Of a stretch of DNA of 64,000 nt, positions 51,801-64,000 are shown piece by piece. Position 1 is the stretch's first letter, and the number at the start of each line of letters is the position of its first letter. The notes below the pieces were generated by a model. It was not told where the DNA came from. It was given only the letters and a program-made list of their open reading frames with translations, and ran no database searches. The position numbers and the translations under genes were made by a program. The DNA is from Vicugna vicugna (taxonomy: Eukaryota): contig MU058540.1 of assembly GCA_013265495.1 (NCBI GenBank), positions 333,696-397,695 on the forward strand, read 5' to 3'.

Positions 51801-54800
51801 AACTGCAAAATAAAATGTGCCATGTGCTATCCCCATCAGGCCCTACTTCTGTGTCCCAAATAGATCTTACGTCTGTTTCCAACTCAAGTTCTCATCAATA
51901 TACACCTGGACAATGACAACAGCCTCCTCTCAGGTCTCCCTATCCTCAGCCTCTCTCGCCCCTTCATTTCTTCCTCCACCCTGTAACCAAATAATGTGGC
52001 TACAAGTCTGATCCAGTCACTTGCCTATTTAAAAATATCAGCTACCTAAGAGGCCAGCAACTAAAGGCACAGGCTAAAGCTAGATGGCTTGGGTTCAATT
52101 CTGAGCCCTGCTTCTTACAAGTTGCACGGCCCTGGGCAAGTCACTTAACTGCTCTGTGTCTCATATTTCTTCATCTGTGACATGGGGATAATATCAGTAC
52201 CTAGTTCTTACGGTTGTTGAGAGGAATAAATAAGATTATGCCTATAAAGTGCTTAGAACAGGACCTGGCATACAGAAAATGCTTGGCTGTTACTATTTTC
52301 ATTACTGTCATCATCATCAACTTGGGAAAATGACTTTATCTATATTTTACCCATTAGTCCAATGATCTGATCCTTGCCTACCTTTTGTAAAAATCTAGTA
52401 AAATAGCAGGCTTCTGGGGAAATGGCGCATGCACACACATACACACACACATACACACACACACACAAAACTTCTGATGGTTCACTATCACTTATAAACC
52501 TCAGCTTTCAGGGTACTTGATAATCCAGTCAGAACCCACCTTTCCAGACTTCTCTTGCATCCTAAGAACCAGCCACATAGAATCCCTGTCTTATGACCAG
52601 TAGAAACTCTAATCATTGGTCTTTGCTTTGTTCATAAAGTTCCTTCAGTTTACAAGGCCCCTCCCCATTTTCTCCAACATGTAAATATTCCATGTCCCTC
52701 AAGATCTGTTCCACTGCCAGAGATGTCTGCGTCTTCAAGGCAGAAGTAATCTTTTTTCTCTTGTGATTATTTTTATGTAAATTTAAATCCTAGCTTCTTA
52801 GGCCTACAAGGTTAAACTTCTCTGAACCTCATGGGATTGTTTTTGTTCAATAGAGTGAAAAAAGTAAGCAAACTCACTTAGCGTATTCAAATCCAAAAAC
52901 ATACTTTTGAAGTGTTAAAATCAATCTGTAGGATTAATAAACAAAATCCAAAGACTTTACAGTTCAATCCTTAAGCTAGCCCTTTAATATGGGTTATTAA
53001 AGCAATTTGAGATTTGCATCCCACAAACGGACTCTGTGAAAATACAAATATAAACACAACAGGGCCAGAACAATAAGGACATTTCTACCTTTTTTGTAGT
53101 TTGTACTATATAGGTTTTTGCTTTTCTGTTAAAAAGTGAATGGTAACAACTATTATAAAGTACTAGTGGAAAAATTCAAACCCAAATCTAATCAAGCATC
53201 TAGATCTAACTGCCAATTAATAGGAACTATGGAGAGAAAAGGAACAAGGGAAATGACATGATGAGGAAACAATTCACCAAATACTGAAAGTGGGAACTTC
53301 TACAGAACAAATGACAAATCAATAGCATTTAAAAGGGTGGGGCAATTACAAAGAAAAGAGACTTAAGAGACAAAATTTTAAGGACTAAATATCTGTAGTT
53401 CTCCCTCCCCTCCTACCCTTTCAATTTGTATGTGGAAGCCTTGACCCACTGTATGACTGTATTTGGAGATAGTGACTGTGAGATGATAAAAGTTAAATGA
53501 GGTCATAAAGGTAGGGCCCTAATCTGATAGAGCTGGTGCCCTTATAGGAAGAGGAAAAAATACCAAGAGTTCACTCTCTCTCCTCTGTATCAGGACACAG
53601 CCAGAAGATGGCCATCTGTAACCACAGGGGAGGGTTCTCACCAGACACCAACCGTGCTAGCACCTTGATCTCAGACTTGATCTTTGACTTCTAGCCTCCA
53701 GAACTGTGAGAAAATAAATTCCTATTGTTTAAGCTACCCGGTCTATGATATTTTGTTCTGGCAGGCCGAGCAGATTCAACAACCAACTATAACACAGATT
53801 TCTTTTTGATCCTGATTCAAGCAAATCAACTGTAAAAGAACATCATTGAGACAACTGGGAAATTTTTAATATGAGTCAGGAATTAAATGATATTAAGGAA
53901 TTGTCTGTTTTGTTAGGTATGATAATGCTATTAAAGTGAGGGTTTTATTAGAGTAATTTTCTTTTAATGGACATACTGGGGATTGAACCCAGGACCTGAT
54001 GCATGCTAAGGATGCACTCTACCACTGAGCTGTATCTTCCCCCCTCAAAGCCATTATTTAATAGAAATGCTTACTTAAGTACTTATGAGTAAAATAATAT
54101 GATAGGATATACTTAAAAACACTTCCAAAAAAGAGTAGAAGGTTGGGGGAAGATATGTGAAACAATTTGGTAAAATGTAATAACTATGCAAGTGGGTAAC
54201 AGGCATATGGGGGGTTCAATTTACTATTCTCTACTTTAGCATGTCATTGAAATTTTCCACAACAATGTTTTAACAGAATGATGAGAATTAAATGCCATAC
54301 ACACAAAGTATATTAATAAAGTATATTTGTCAATAAACATTTTAGAGTATTTGATAACTAATTTGTTAAGAAATAATGTATAAATTTATATTAGCAAAGT
54401 TACCAATGATTTGCAACCCTGGAAAGAGTCCATTTTTAATTTTATATTAAAACAACAACTTTCATTTTTTTAAATCCCTAATCAAGCAGAAATGCTTGAA
54501 GAGGAAGACTGAGCACAGCAAGGAATTTTCACCCCCAGTGGTGGATGAGATACAATAGTTTTCCCACCTGGGCACTCCCATGGCTCCCTATCTGCACTTC
54601 TTTTATGGCCCAAGTTACTTTCCACTCTACAATTATCCATGACAGATCTGATGAGAACTTTCTTGAGGGTAGAATCTACATCAGATCACCTTTGTGGCCC
54701 TTAAAAATACCCAGGGCCACCCCAGAGATTTTGATTTAATTCACCTGGAGTAGGACTTAGGCTTCAGTATATTTTAGAAACTTCCAAAAAGGATTCTTAT

Positions 54801-56911
54801 TTGCAGCCTGGACTGAGAACTACTGGGCCCTTATTTATTCTTGGTGCTAATTTAAGTTATGCAGTCAGCGAATAAATTAACAAAGTACCTCCCTTGATAG
54901 TCACAACAAAGGAAAGGCAGATGGGAAATACTGTCCACATTTTACAGCTGGAAAAGTAGACTCAGAGAGAAAATGACATTCTCACCCCCACCTCATGAAG
55001 CCAGGAAATATTCCTGCCTACTAGAGAGAGCTACTGTCCCCACAAGCAGCAGTTTACCTCTGCCCCTGCCCAGGGCGAGGTCTGGTGACTAAGAATGGAA
55101 ATGTTAGCAGAGGTGAGGGCTACAGGGTGGTTGCTGATTCCTGTAGATGATTCTCAATGAGGAGAGTGGCAGGGAGAAGGTACCGGGGGAAGGGAAGGTG
55201 TAGGGCTGGGCTGGGGTTGACCAGGAGGTCAGGCTGTATTTTTTCCATAAAATCACACAAGGCTGAAGGAAACTGAAGACTCCATTCATATCCTACCCAC
55301 CCTCCCGAGAAGAGTTCCTAGAAATCCCAAATCCCCGCCAGATTTTCTTCATTCTTGCTTTATCCGTCCACTCCCTCCCTTCCTCTCTCCCTGCGTCCTA
55401 GCCAAGCAAAGTGCCTGACTCCCGGGCCTCAAACCGCATTGCACGATGCAGTTAATTGGTCCTTGCAGTGGGAACGTGGAAACCGTTAGGTCTCCCACCG
55501 CTTCCTTTCTACGCACGCACTCAAGGCCAGCATCTGGTGACGAGAGAGTCAGCGAATCCTCACTCGCTATAAGGAAGAGGCTGCAGGGTAGGTGAGCGCG
55601 CTTGAGCTCAAAAGCGTGAGCTTTGCAGGACCGGATGTGGGCACGTGTGGGGCTCGAAAACCCTGTTTTTAAACAGGGTAAGAATCGCAACTAGCAAGAT
55701 ATAGCAGGAAAGAAGAAGTTCCTCCTTCTGAGACCCTCCCAACACCGTTGCCTTGCAAGTTTCTTAAGGTCCAGTGTCCAGAACCCCTGCCTCTCTCCAA
55801 AGCTCCACCCCCGGAAAACCACGAAGCCCCGCCCCCAATAAACATTTTTAACAGGTCTGGGGCTAGGAGAAGCGGTTAGGGACAGGTTTTTTTTTTTTTC
55901 TTTCTTTCTTTTTTGTATACAACTGTTAGAGATAGTTTAATTTTAGCTGAACCGCCTCGATTTACAAATAAGGAAACTGAGAGTTGACTGGGGAAATGAC
56001 TAGCTCAATTCGGCACAGCGAGTCACCGGCTGATCTGGACCCCTATTATCTACCCATTTATCTACACTTCCCCTCTTAGATACCTGTAGCAATGGTTATG
56101 AGAGCAGGCTCAGGCTGAGGCTCGGACTCTCGTCGAAGGAGGCTGGAGAGGCTGAGGACCGGGCTGGATATGCTGACCATGAGCCAAGTCCCGTCCAGGG
56201 CCCGCGGGCAGCTCTGCTCCGGAGTCAAGACGCTGACCCAGTTTGCTGAGGCAGGGAACGGGACGTATCGGCTCATCTCGCAGCGTGGCGCGGGGGCGTC
56301 CCGGGGGTACCCCCTGAAGGCCGCCAGGAGGGCACCCGCAGGATCTGTGAGCGCAGAGAAGGGAGTTGCTGCTGTAGAGTCGCCACCAGGAAAGGGCCGG
56401 GGATGGCAGCGTCCAGGGAATTTCAGACGTACAGATTACCAGGTAGTGAGAGATTTAGCAGTAATCCAGTTTCATTTTACAGAGGGGGAAACTGAGGCCC
56501 GAGGTCACTGCGAGACTTAAAAAGGAGGGGGTCTCGGTGGAGACGACAGAGTTAGGAGCGAGTCGGGGGGACTCACCATGCACTTTCAGGTAGAGCTCTG
56601 GGTCGAGGTCTGGCCGGGGAAGTAGGCTCTCCGCGCCCTGGCGCAGCAGCAGTGCAGCGGGTTTCTTGGTTAGCTGGCCCCTGCCCGCATCCTCCACCAA
56701 CCAACACTCTATCACCGCGGGTCCCGCCGAGACAGCGGTCCCCAAGCCTGGGGGAGAGGGGCGCAAGTAAGGGGACAAGCCCAATGTCAGGTGACCCAAC
56801 CTCCCACTCTCCCGTCCCGACGTGCCAGGGTCACCTCTGCCATCCCTGGGCAAAGAGTCGCGGGGTTTGCTCACCCAAAGCCACAGCGAGGAGCAGGGAC
56901 AGAGGCTTCAT
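48876..56911 (-). CDS. TAPBP: Tapasin (TAP-binding protein), 8 exons, 449 aa
   Basis: Exons 56875-56911, 56577-56747, 56084-56344, 50758-51156, 50046-50387, 49877-49966, 49709-49746, 48876-48887 = 1350 nt; signal peptide MKPLSLLLAVAL, GPAVIECW, ERp57-binding Cys in QSCPRALDG, NGT glycan site, Ig-C1 domain, transmembrane lysine (GLVKALGW), C-terminal KKTQ ER-retrieval motif. Confidence 0.96.
49117..49395. mobile_element. MER3/MER33-type DNA transposon
   Basis: gtgctgtccagtag ... ttgagcatttgaaatgtggcta ... ggacaatgctg. Confidence 0.7.
49427..49520 (-). mobile_element. tRNA-derived SINE
   Basis: ggtactggggattgaacccaggaccttgtgcatgccaagc. Confidence 0.88.
51650..51745 (+). mobile_element. SINE 3' fragment
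   Basis: ctccattaaataaataaacaaac ... aaacctaattatctcccc plus A-rich tail. Confidence 0.7.
52070..52290 (+). mobile_element. MIR SINE
   Basis: tgggcaagtcacttaac ... catctgtgacatggggataat ... aaagtgcttagaacaggacctggcataca. Confidence 0.8.
53150..54270. mobile_element. Old L1 3' remnant interrupted by an MLT1 LTR (about 53395-53775) and a SINE (53961-54045, -)
   Basis: MLT1 motifs gtatttggagatag, aagttaaatgaggtcataa, gacttctagcctccagaactgtgagaaaataaat; SINE gggattgaacccagg; L1 3' motif tactattctctacttt. Confidence 0.7.
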
Positions 56912-56952
56912 GGCGCCGCGATCTTCTCAGTGCCGAAGCCTTCTCTTCCCCC

Positions 56953-56969
56953 TTTCACTTTCACTTTCC
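56953..56969 (-). promoter_or_regulatory. Interferon-responsive IRF/ISRE element of TAPBP
   Basis: GGAAAGTGAAAGTGAAA on the - strand about 40-60 nt upstream of the ATG; kappaB-like GGGAATTTCA at 56416 in intron 2. Confidence 0.85.
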
Positions 56970-57872
56970 TCCAAAGGCCAGCAGGAGGGGCGGAGGAAGT
57001 CCCAGCTCTGATTAGGTTACAACGCGTGGGAGGCAGGTGCTTCCCCCACTGGCTGGGCAGGGATCCCTGAACATCCTCTCCAGTTCTGGTCTGGAGACCT
57101 CGGCCTCGCCCTGCCCTCCTGGACCTCCCAGTAGCACAGAGTCCAGGAGCCTTCCCACACCCTAGGCTCCCCTTCCCGTGCCCTCTCCCCCAGAGTCCAC
57201 CTCCCTGAGAACCATTACTACACCTTCCCCGACCTGTGCCAGGTCCCTAGCAAACACACAGGGGTTGTCAGGAAGCCAAATGAAATGACCAATAAATATT
57301 TTAATCACTATTTAAAAAAAATAAGATTTAAAATAAAAACCTTGTACTCCTGTGACTTACTCCCTCTTCGTCTGCATTCCCCCCTCCCCAATGATAATGG
57401 AGTTGGGGGAACCCAAGGTGGGGAAAGAGGGGTTAGGGTAGAAATAAGGGGCACATCCTCTGGGGGGCAAGGTATATTCTAGGACAAGGGTGCGGCTCAA
57501 AGGCCTGGTCCCCACAACAACACAAACACAGACTTCAGATACAGACTACAACCACCTGACCCTTGATCCAGTGACTCCAGGATGCTCAACAAGCCCCCTT
57601 CCCCTCCCCATCATATGGGTGCCTGGGCTCTCAGCTTCAGTGTACCCATCTGAATGGAAGGAAGGGCTTAGTTCTGGGGATGCTTTGGGGAGGAGGGGCT
57701 GAGGAGTGGAATGGGGTGGTCCAAGGTGCAACGCGGTTCCCCCTCCAGAATATATACAAGTCCATAGCGATAGGAAGACAGTGTGTTAGGAGATCACCTA
57801 GGGGCCACAGCGCCCCTGGCTCGTGATCCCTATTCCCTCTTCCCAGGAAGCTACTCCCAGTAATCTGCCTCT

Positions 57873-59786
57873 TCAGTTTGCTCCTCCGCCCCCACTGAAG
57901 CCCATCTCCACCTTGGGGACACTGAGTGGGGACCAGACACGTCGGCTGGGAGGAGGCGTGGCCCCACTGGCCTCATCACCACTGCCCCTGCCAGGGGACT
58001 CTCTCTTGGGCTGCAAGGCTGGCCCCATGGGCCCACCAGGTCCCGGTCCGGCCCCACTCCCACCTAGGCGGTGCCGGCGCTCACAGTGTCCTCGGTGTCG
58101 CATGAAGCTGTCTCGCCACATGAACTTCTTGGCACAGACGCCGCACTCATAGGGCTTGAGGCCTGTGTGCGTCTTCATGTGCTCTGTCAGGTGGTGCTTC
58201 ATCTTGAACTTTTTGTTGCACACGGGGCAGTCAAAGGGCCGCAGGTTGAGATGCATGTTCACATGCCGGTCTCGCATGCTCTTGTGGGAAAAGGCCTTCC
58301 CGCAGTGGCACAGAAATATCTTATTTCCATCCCCACTGCCTGTCCCTCCAGGGGTCCCACCAGTGCCACTTGGCATACCCAGGCCCCCAGCTGGTGTGCC
58401 CCCCAGGGTCACCGCCTCATGTTCAGCTTGGTTCCCTGGCGGCTGGCCTGGAGCCTGTGAGGAGGAGGAGGAGGAGGAGGAGGAGGAAGAGGAAGGGAAG
58501 ACTAGGATTTGGTTGGCCTGCATGTCCAGGGGAAGCAGGGGCCTTGGAGGGTGAGAGGCAGTATAGGAGGAAGGGGTGGGTCCCCCTGAATCATCAAGCC
58601 CTGCCCCAGGACCCCCACCTTCATAGGGGCCAAAGTCATTGGAGGACTCACAGAAATTGACCTGCTCCTCTCCCTTGTCCGGAGGCTCAGACAGGGTCCG
58701 GACATCACTTATGCTAAGGGTAGCCTCAGGTCCTCCCCCTGCTGGAACCCCCGAGCCACCCCCCAGCTCTTCATCTTCATCATCCTCACAGGTCAACACC
58801 AAGTCTTCCTCCTCCTCCTCCTCTTCCAGGTCTGGGTCCTGGGGAGCCAAGGGTGCTGGTGCTGGGCAGTTTCCACCCCGCTTCACATATACCCAGTGTT
58901 TCTGTGGCACGATGCTGGGGGGTGCATAGGTGGGCCGCCTGAGCCCAGACCCAGGGACAACCGCACCCCTCCCATCCCCACCATCATCACACAGCTCATC
59001 TGCCTCCAGCAGCAGCTTTCCAGAGGTAGCCCCACCACTGCCAACCACAGGGGCTGGGAACACAGGGCCACTTCCTCGACGCTCCCCGCTGCCCACTGCA
59101 GAAGCTGCAAATGCCTCTTGGGAGGAAGAGGAGAAATCAGTGGACTCCCGGGGGCTGAAGTAGTTGCTGCTGCTGGGGGACTGATTCTCACTGGCCTGAC
59201 TGGAGGCATGGGAGCGCACAGAGCCCACTGGGGCAGGGGTCACAGTGCCCCCACTCCCTGAGGGGACCCCAGCACCAGGGACAGTGACAGAGGTGGCTGC
59301 AGCAGTGGTGATGGTGGTGGCAGTGGCCGAGGCCCGGCCCTCGCGGAGGAGTTCAGTGCATTTATCCACGATGTGCCACATTTGGAGCACAGACCCCACT
59401 GTGAGGAAGTTGACAATGTCAGCAGCGGCCATGCTGAGGCGGCCAGTATAAGCCGAAGCCAAGACAGTCTCGAAGGCTCCTGGGTCCATGACACTGGGCA
59501 GTGAGATGGAGGTCATGCCTTTGAGTAGGACCTGGTCGTGGAAGTAAGGGGAAGAGGCCGCCAGGACAGCACGATGAGCCCTGAATTCGCGTCCCTGCAC
59601 TCGGATGGACACATCACAGAGCTGGCCTTGTAGCCGCTGCTGATTGAGGGACTCCAGAAGGGCACTGGTTACCTCAGGGAAGGACACGTGCACCACTGCA
59701 GCTGCAGGCAGGGGCAGTGGTGGGGGAGCCAGCGATAGAGGCAGGGGGAGTGCTGCCCCACTGGGAGACAGAGGAGATGGCTCCAT
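57873..59786 (-). CDS. ZBTB22: Zinc finger and BTB domain protein 22, single coding exon, 637 aa
   Basis: BTB domain (LCDVSIRVQGREFRAHRAVLAASSPYF), three C-terminal zinc fingers with HTGLKPY linker; synteny. Confidence 0.97.
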   Translation of the reverse strand: MEPSPLSPSGAALPLPLSLAPPPLPLPAAAVVHVSFPEVTSALLESLNQQRLQGQLCDVSIRVQGREFRAHRAVLAASSPYFHDQVLLKGMTSISLPSVMDPGAFETVLASAYTGRLSMAAADIVNFLTVGSVLQMWHIVDKCTELLREGRASATATTITTAAATSVTVPGAGVPSGSGGTVTPAPVGSVRSHASSQASENQSPSSSNYFSPRESTDFSSSSQEAFAASAVGSGERRGSGPVFPAPVVGSGGATSGKLLLEADELCDDGGDGRGAVVPGSGLRRPTYAPPSIVPQKHWVYVKRGGNCPAPAPLAPQDPDLEEEEEEEDLVLTCEDDEDEELGGGSGVPAGGGPEATLSISDVRTLSEPPDKGEEQVNFCESSNDFGPYEGGGPGAGLDDSGGPTPSSYTASHPPRPLLPLDMQANQILVFPSSSSSSSSSSSSQAPGQPPGNQAEHEAVTLGGTPAGGLGMPSGTGGTPGGTGSGDGNKIFLCHCGKAFSHKSMRDRHVNMHLNLRPFDCPVCNKKFKMKHHLTEHMKTHTGLKPYECGVCAKKFMWRDSFMRHRGHCERRHRLGGSGAGPGPGGPMGPALQPKRESPGRGSGDEASGATPPPSRRVWSPLSVPKVEMGFSGGGGAN

Positions 59787-60279
59787 GGTGTGGAGGGAAG
59801 AGGTACCCCCCCAGCCACAGGAGCAAGAGAAGAAGGAGGGCGGCCGGGGGGGTCTCTGGAAAGAGAAAGAGAGACCAATGATAACATCTCATAATGACAG
59901 TTTAAAAACATGTTCAAGCTTATTGTCTGAGTAACTCCCCACAACAACACTATAAGATAGCGATTCCTTTCAACCTCACTTGACAGATGAGCAAACTGAG
60001 GCTCAGAAAGATTAAGAGATTATCCAAGGTCACATCAGTAAGTGGCAGGGCCCTAACTCCAAATCCAATGCTCTTTTCTTGGACATTAGAGAAATAAGGT
60101 GCTCCTGGGGAGTGGGGTGCCTCCCCTCAGAAATTCCCATTTGCCTTAGAGCCTGATTTTCCAAAATTTACCTTTTTGGTGTGTTGCACCCTTTTCTTGG
60201 GAGGGGGGCAAGTGGGCTCCGGTACTGAAAACCACCCCTCTCTCCCATGCCCCTTCAGGCTATGCCCCCTGGCTCTTTC

Positions 60280-60900
60280 GCCAGCCACGCCCCTTTGCCC
60301 CCAGTTACCCATAACCCCGCCCATTAGGCCCCGCCCTTCTCAAGATCCGCCCCGTAGCTCTTTTGGCCCCGCCCCTTGCCTTCCCCCGCCCACATATTGC
60401 GCCGACTCCCTCCGCCCTCCGCCTCCGCTCCGCCTCCCGCCCCTCCGGCTTTAAAGGCACAGGCGGGCTCCCCCACCCGAGCCGCTGGGCAATACTTGGC
60501 CGACTCGGCCACTTCGCCTTTAAAGAACAGTTGTCTCATTCCACCTTAAAGGTACCAGGTCTCTTCCGCTGCTGAGGACTTAGGGCTTGGTTCGGCCGAA
60601 GCTCTCATTCCCTTTTAATTCGGTAAGCCTGCCTCTTCCCATTGGCGATGGGTCCTGGCCACCGCTGCCTGAGCTCCGCCCCCGAGCTGTGGCCATTAGC
60701 AGATTTGCGGGCTCTAATCGCCCCGGTCTCCCAGCTTCCGACAGTCCCCCAGAAACCCCACCCCCTTCCTCCGGGCCTGGATTGGCCAAATAACCTTGAG
60801 TAGGCCCCTGATTGGCCTTTTTACTGCTACCGCTCGAAGTGAGAAAGTAAAGCGCGTTCAAGAAGCTGAAGCACATTTTTTTAGTGCCTAGCAGAGGGCA
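60280..60900 (-). promoter_or_regulatory. ZBTB22 CpG promoter and non-coding first exon
   Basis: Many CCGCCC boxes, ATTGG/CCAAT boxes at about 60641, 60781 and 60811; acceptor near 59856 upstream of the ATG. Confidence 0.7.
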
Positions 60901-61243
60901 AGGGGAAGGCCTGAGGGCGAGGAAATCCCAAGAAAGGCGTGCTAAAGGTAGCTAGAAAGGACAGATCCCGGGCTACCCAGGAGGCAGGCTAACTCTAAAC
61001 CGGAGAACAGCTGGTGCCAATCACGAGCTGGTGAGAGCAGGACGAGGAAAAGACAGGGGTACAATAAGAAAAGAACTTTATTGTTTATTAATGTTTCTGT
61101 GTAAAACTTAAGCCTTTTTTTTTAAAAAAAGAAACCACCAAAAGGGGATTAGCTCAGTCCATCCCTTCCTCTGTCGTCTGCTTCCCACCATCCTCCAAAT
61201 ACTATTCCAAAACATTTTGTAGGCAGGGAGGAGGGGGAGGCAG

Positions 61244-64000
61244 CTAATCAGAATCTGAGAGAACGATGATCTCCTCTGGATCGCACTGTGTGGCCACACT
61301 CATCTGCAGGGGAGTGAGAGACAAAAAGTCAGAGAAGTCTGGAACATAGTGGGAGTTCGAGAAGCAGAGGGAAAGACTTATCAGAGATTAAAAATTGGGG
61401 TGGGAAAAAAGGAAGCAAAAGGACGTGGTGGGTGCAATATTCAGAGAACCCAAAAGAGAACAATGAGAGAGAATGAAGTCAGGAAAAGTGTCCGCCTCTT
61501 ACCTTATAAGTACCAGGCCTGGAGGGTTGTGATTGGGGGGTTTGGGACAACCGGGGTGGAAATGGACTACAGAGGGAGCTGGTCACCAGGCCATGGCTAG
61601 GAGAGTCCACCCTCGTTGAGGAATCAGCAACTGGAGCCATGGAAGCCAAGGGGGAAGGTGGGCTGGGCAGCGTACATGTCTTCTTCCCATTCTTCCCACG
61701 CAATGCCCTTTGCCTTTCCACATAGCTAGGGACAGAAACATAAAGGTGTGGAGGTGTCTGAGGAGCCTGAGGCTGGAGGGGGAGTGTTCAGTTTCTCCCA
61801 GCAGACCCAGTTCCACAACATTCCTCTCAGAAAAAAGGCCCCTGGAGTCCCTCCTTGGCTTCCCTCTTCCCTCTCCTTGTTGCTGTTACCTATTTCTTAA
61901 TGGCCCTGCTTCTGTTTCCTTCTCCATCCGAGATTTCTTCCGGGGAGGACTGGCATCTCCCCAGGTGTGAGGAGAGACCCCTCCATTGAAGGAAGTGGAG
62001 GTGACCATGGCTGCTCCATTCTCCAAAACAGTGGTGAGGGGTTCCTCTGATTGCTTCCTGGAAGAGGAAACATCCCTCTCCTCAGGAGAAGGGGTAGTAT
62101 CCAGGGGCAAGGCTTCAATCTCTAGCTCAAAGAGCTGAGACATAGGGCTCTCTTCCTGCAGGGGCAACTCTTCGAGGTGTTCTCCATTGCTTTCAGCATC
62201 TATGCTAGAGAGGGCTGGGGGCTCTTCTGACAGTGAAGATGGTGACACTGCGAGTCTTTTGTTTTGCTGCTCCCCTGAAGACCTGCTGATCCCTTTGCTA
62301 GGTTCCAGGTTCTTTTCGGTGGAGATCTGTAGCAGGGACATGGGGCTCTTATCTCCATCCTTACCTGGAAAAGAAGTAAAGAGGAGAGAGGTAACAGAAG
62401 AACTAGGGGAGAGAAAACCGCTGAGAGGACACTAGGAGAAAGAGGAGGAAGAGGAGGAAGGGAAGGTTCTCAAACAGGGGGCTCATGCCCAAGAGCAGAG
62501 GGAACTGACACATGGGAAGACTGTCCTTGACATACCTGCTTCCTCCTCCTCCTCCTCTTCATCGTCCCCCTGACCTTCCTGCATCTGTTCCAGATCCTCC
62601 TCTTCTTCAGAATCTGTGGCCTCCTCCTCTTCTTCCTCCTCTTCTTCCTCCTCCTCCTCTTCCTCCTCCTCCTCACTTTCCTCATCTTCTTCATCATCTG
62701 TCTCAGCCTTGGAGGTGGTAGGGCATTCCTGGGATGCCATCCCACTAGGGCCCTACAGGGAACAAAGGAGTTTCTCTAAGGAATCCCTTGCCCTAGAGGG
62801 GCTGGTTCTTGTGTTCCTTCTGCACACTTCCCTATCAGTCACCATGGACTCCCTCCTGGCCAGTGCAGGGAAAGGATAGGGTCTCTGAAGGGTGTTTCCC
62901 TTCCATACCTCACCAGAATCCAGGGAGGCTTTGGGGGGATCTACAGATTGGGAAGAGGTGGCTTGGGGGAGCCGGGCTCTTCTCCTCTGTCTCTCGCCCT
63001 CCTCACTCTGGTCTTGCATCATTGCATATTTAGAGATGACCTCATCCAGACGGCTCATAGCCAAGCTCCGGTTCTCCCGCAGGCGCCGGGCGAGGACAGG
63101 ATCTGACAGTGCGGGATCAATGCCTATGTGGGAAGACATAAAGTCAGAGCAGTCACCCAGAACCCAACCCAGAAGGAGGGACTAGAGAGATGCCTCCTCC
63201 ACCACACACCTGACATACTAGGGTTACTTATGGGTATCTCACTAATGCCTACCTGGCCTATAGTCATCTGTGAGGTGACAGCCAAAGTTGTAGATGAGAT
63301 CGAGGTGGCGACGCTCCTGTAACCTGATGCCCACATCTCGGAAGGCATCCTGAGCCATCAGCTGGAGCTGCTGTCGGGGGAGGCCAAGACTGTGCCGAGC
63401 AGCTGCTTTCTCTACGGCCCGCAGCACATCTCCATAGTCAGGGAAGGTATCAAGCCCTGGTTTGTTGATGAGCCGCTCAATGCGCCTGTTCACCTCTGGG
63501 TAGCGGGTACCACGATAGGGGATGCGCTGCTCTATGACCCGGCCTGTCAGTGAAGAGCAGTCTTTCAGCTCACACAGCCGCCCAAAGAGGCGGATCAGCT
63601 TACGCTTCAACCTTGCCTCCTGCAGGTAAGTGGAGTCTGGGTCGTCCAGTTCTGAGAGATCCAGCTCCTTTTCCTGCAGCCGCCGGATCTCCGCTACATA
63701 GAGTGCTAGCAGCTGCTCCAAGCGCTGAATCTGCCGCCGGGAAGCACGGGTCCTTGGGGCCTCAGAGGCAGTGGTCTCAGCATTTGTGGGGTCCGAGGAG
63801 GAGTCTGTGGGAGGGTTATTCCCAGAGGGCTCACCAGAGGTGGTGGCAGCAGGGGCCAGGTTCAGCTTCTTCTTGGCTGAGTGGGCCTTGAGGACAGTGC
63901 AGAGCTCATTAATGTAGACATAGAGCTTAGCTGGTCGGCTCTGAGCCCGAGAGAGGACCCGAGAGAGGATGTTGCAGAACTCCGCGGAGGCCAAAAACAG
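61244..64000 (-). CDS. DAXX: Death-domain associated protein (H3.3 chaperone), 5'-truncated by window
   Basis: Exons 63253->64000, 62909-63123, 62536-62752, 61890-62364, 61503-61725, 61244-61303 are phase-consistent; helical bundle (KLYVYINELCTVLKAH), histone-binding domain, acidic tract, C-terminal SIM DPEEIIVLSDSD*; AATAAA at 61077-61082. Confidence 0.96.

Noticed and set aside
56076..56083. TAPBP intron 3 donor GTATCT as a possible U12 site
   Set aside because: Lacks the +5/+6 CC, and the 3' end has a normal pyrimidine tract

Overview
Mammalian genomic DNA, very probably camelid judging by the tRNA-derived SINE with an AAACCTAATTACCTCCCC tail. It is the extended MHC class II block, in the same gene order as human 6p21.3: HTATSF1 processed pseudogene, VPS52 (-), RPS18 (+), B3GALT4 (+), WDR46 (-), PFDN6 (+), RGL2 (-), TAPBP (-), ZBTB22 (-), DAXX (-, 5' end outside the window). 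I spliced all exons by hand, and every complete gene gives an intact ORF: VPS52 723 aa, RPS18 152, B3GALT4 383, WDR46 609, PFDN6 129, RGL2 780, TAPBP 449, ZBTB22 637. There is no prokaryote-type system here (no CRISPR, no IS elements). The best leads are: (1) two minor-spliceosome (U12) introns in VPS52, one of them AT-AC; (2) an orphan CCAAT/GC-box promoter at about 9.5-9.8 kb, with splice signals and a 122-codon stop-free exon-like segment to its left, which may be an unannotated or decaying gene; (3) apparent orthologues of two human mirtrons; (4) a candidate alternative first exon of RGL2; (5) a poly(A)-only retro-insertion with a perfect 17-bp target-site duplication (TSD). Gene and repeat-family names come from my recognition of the sequences, not from a database search.
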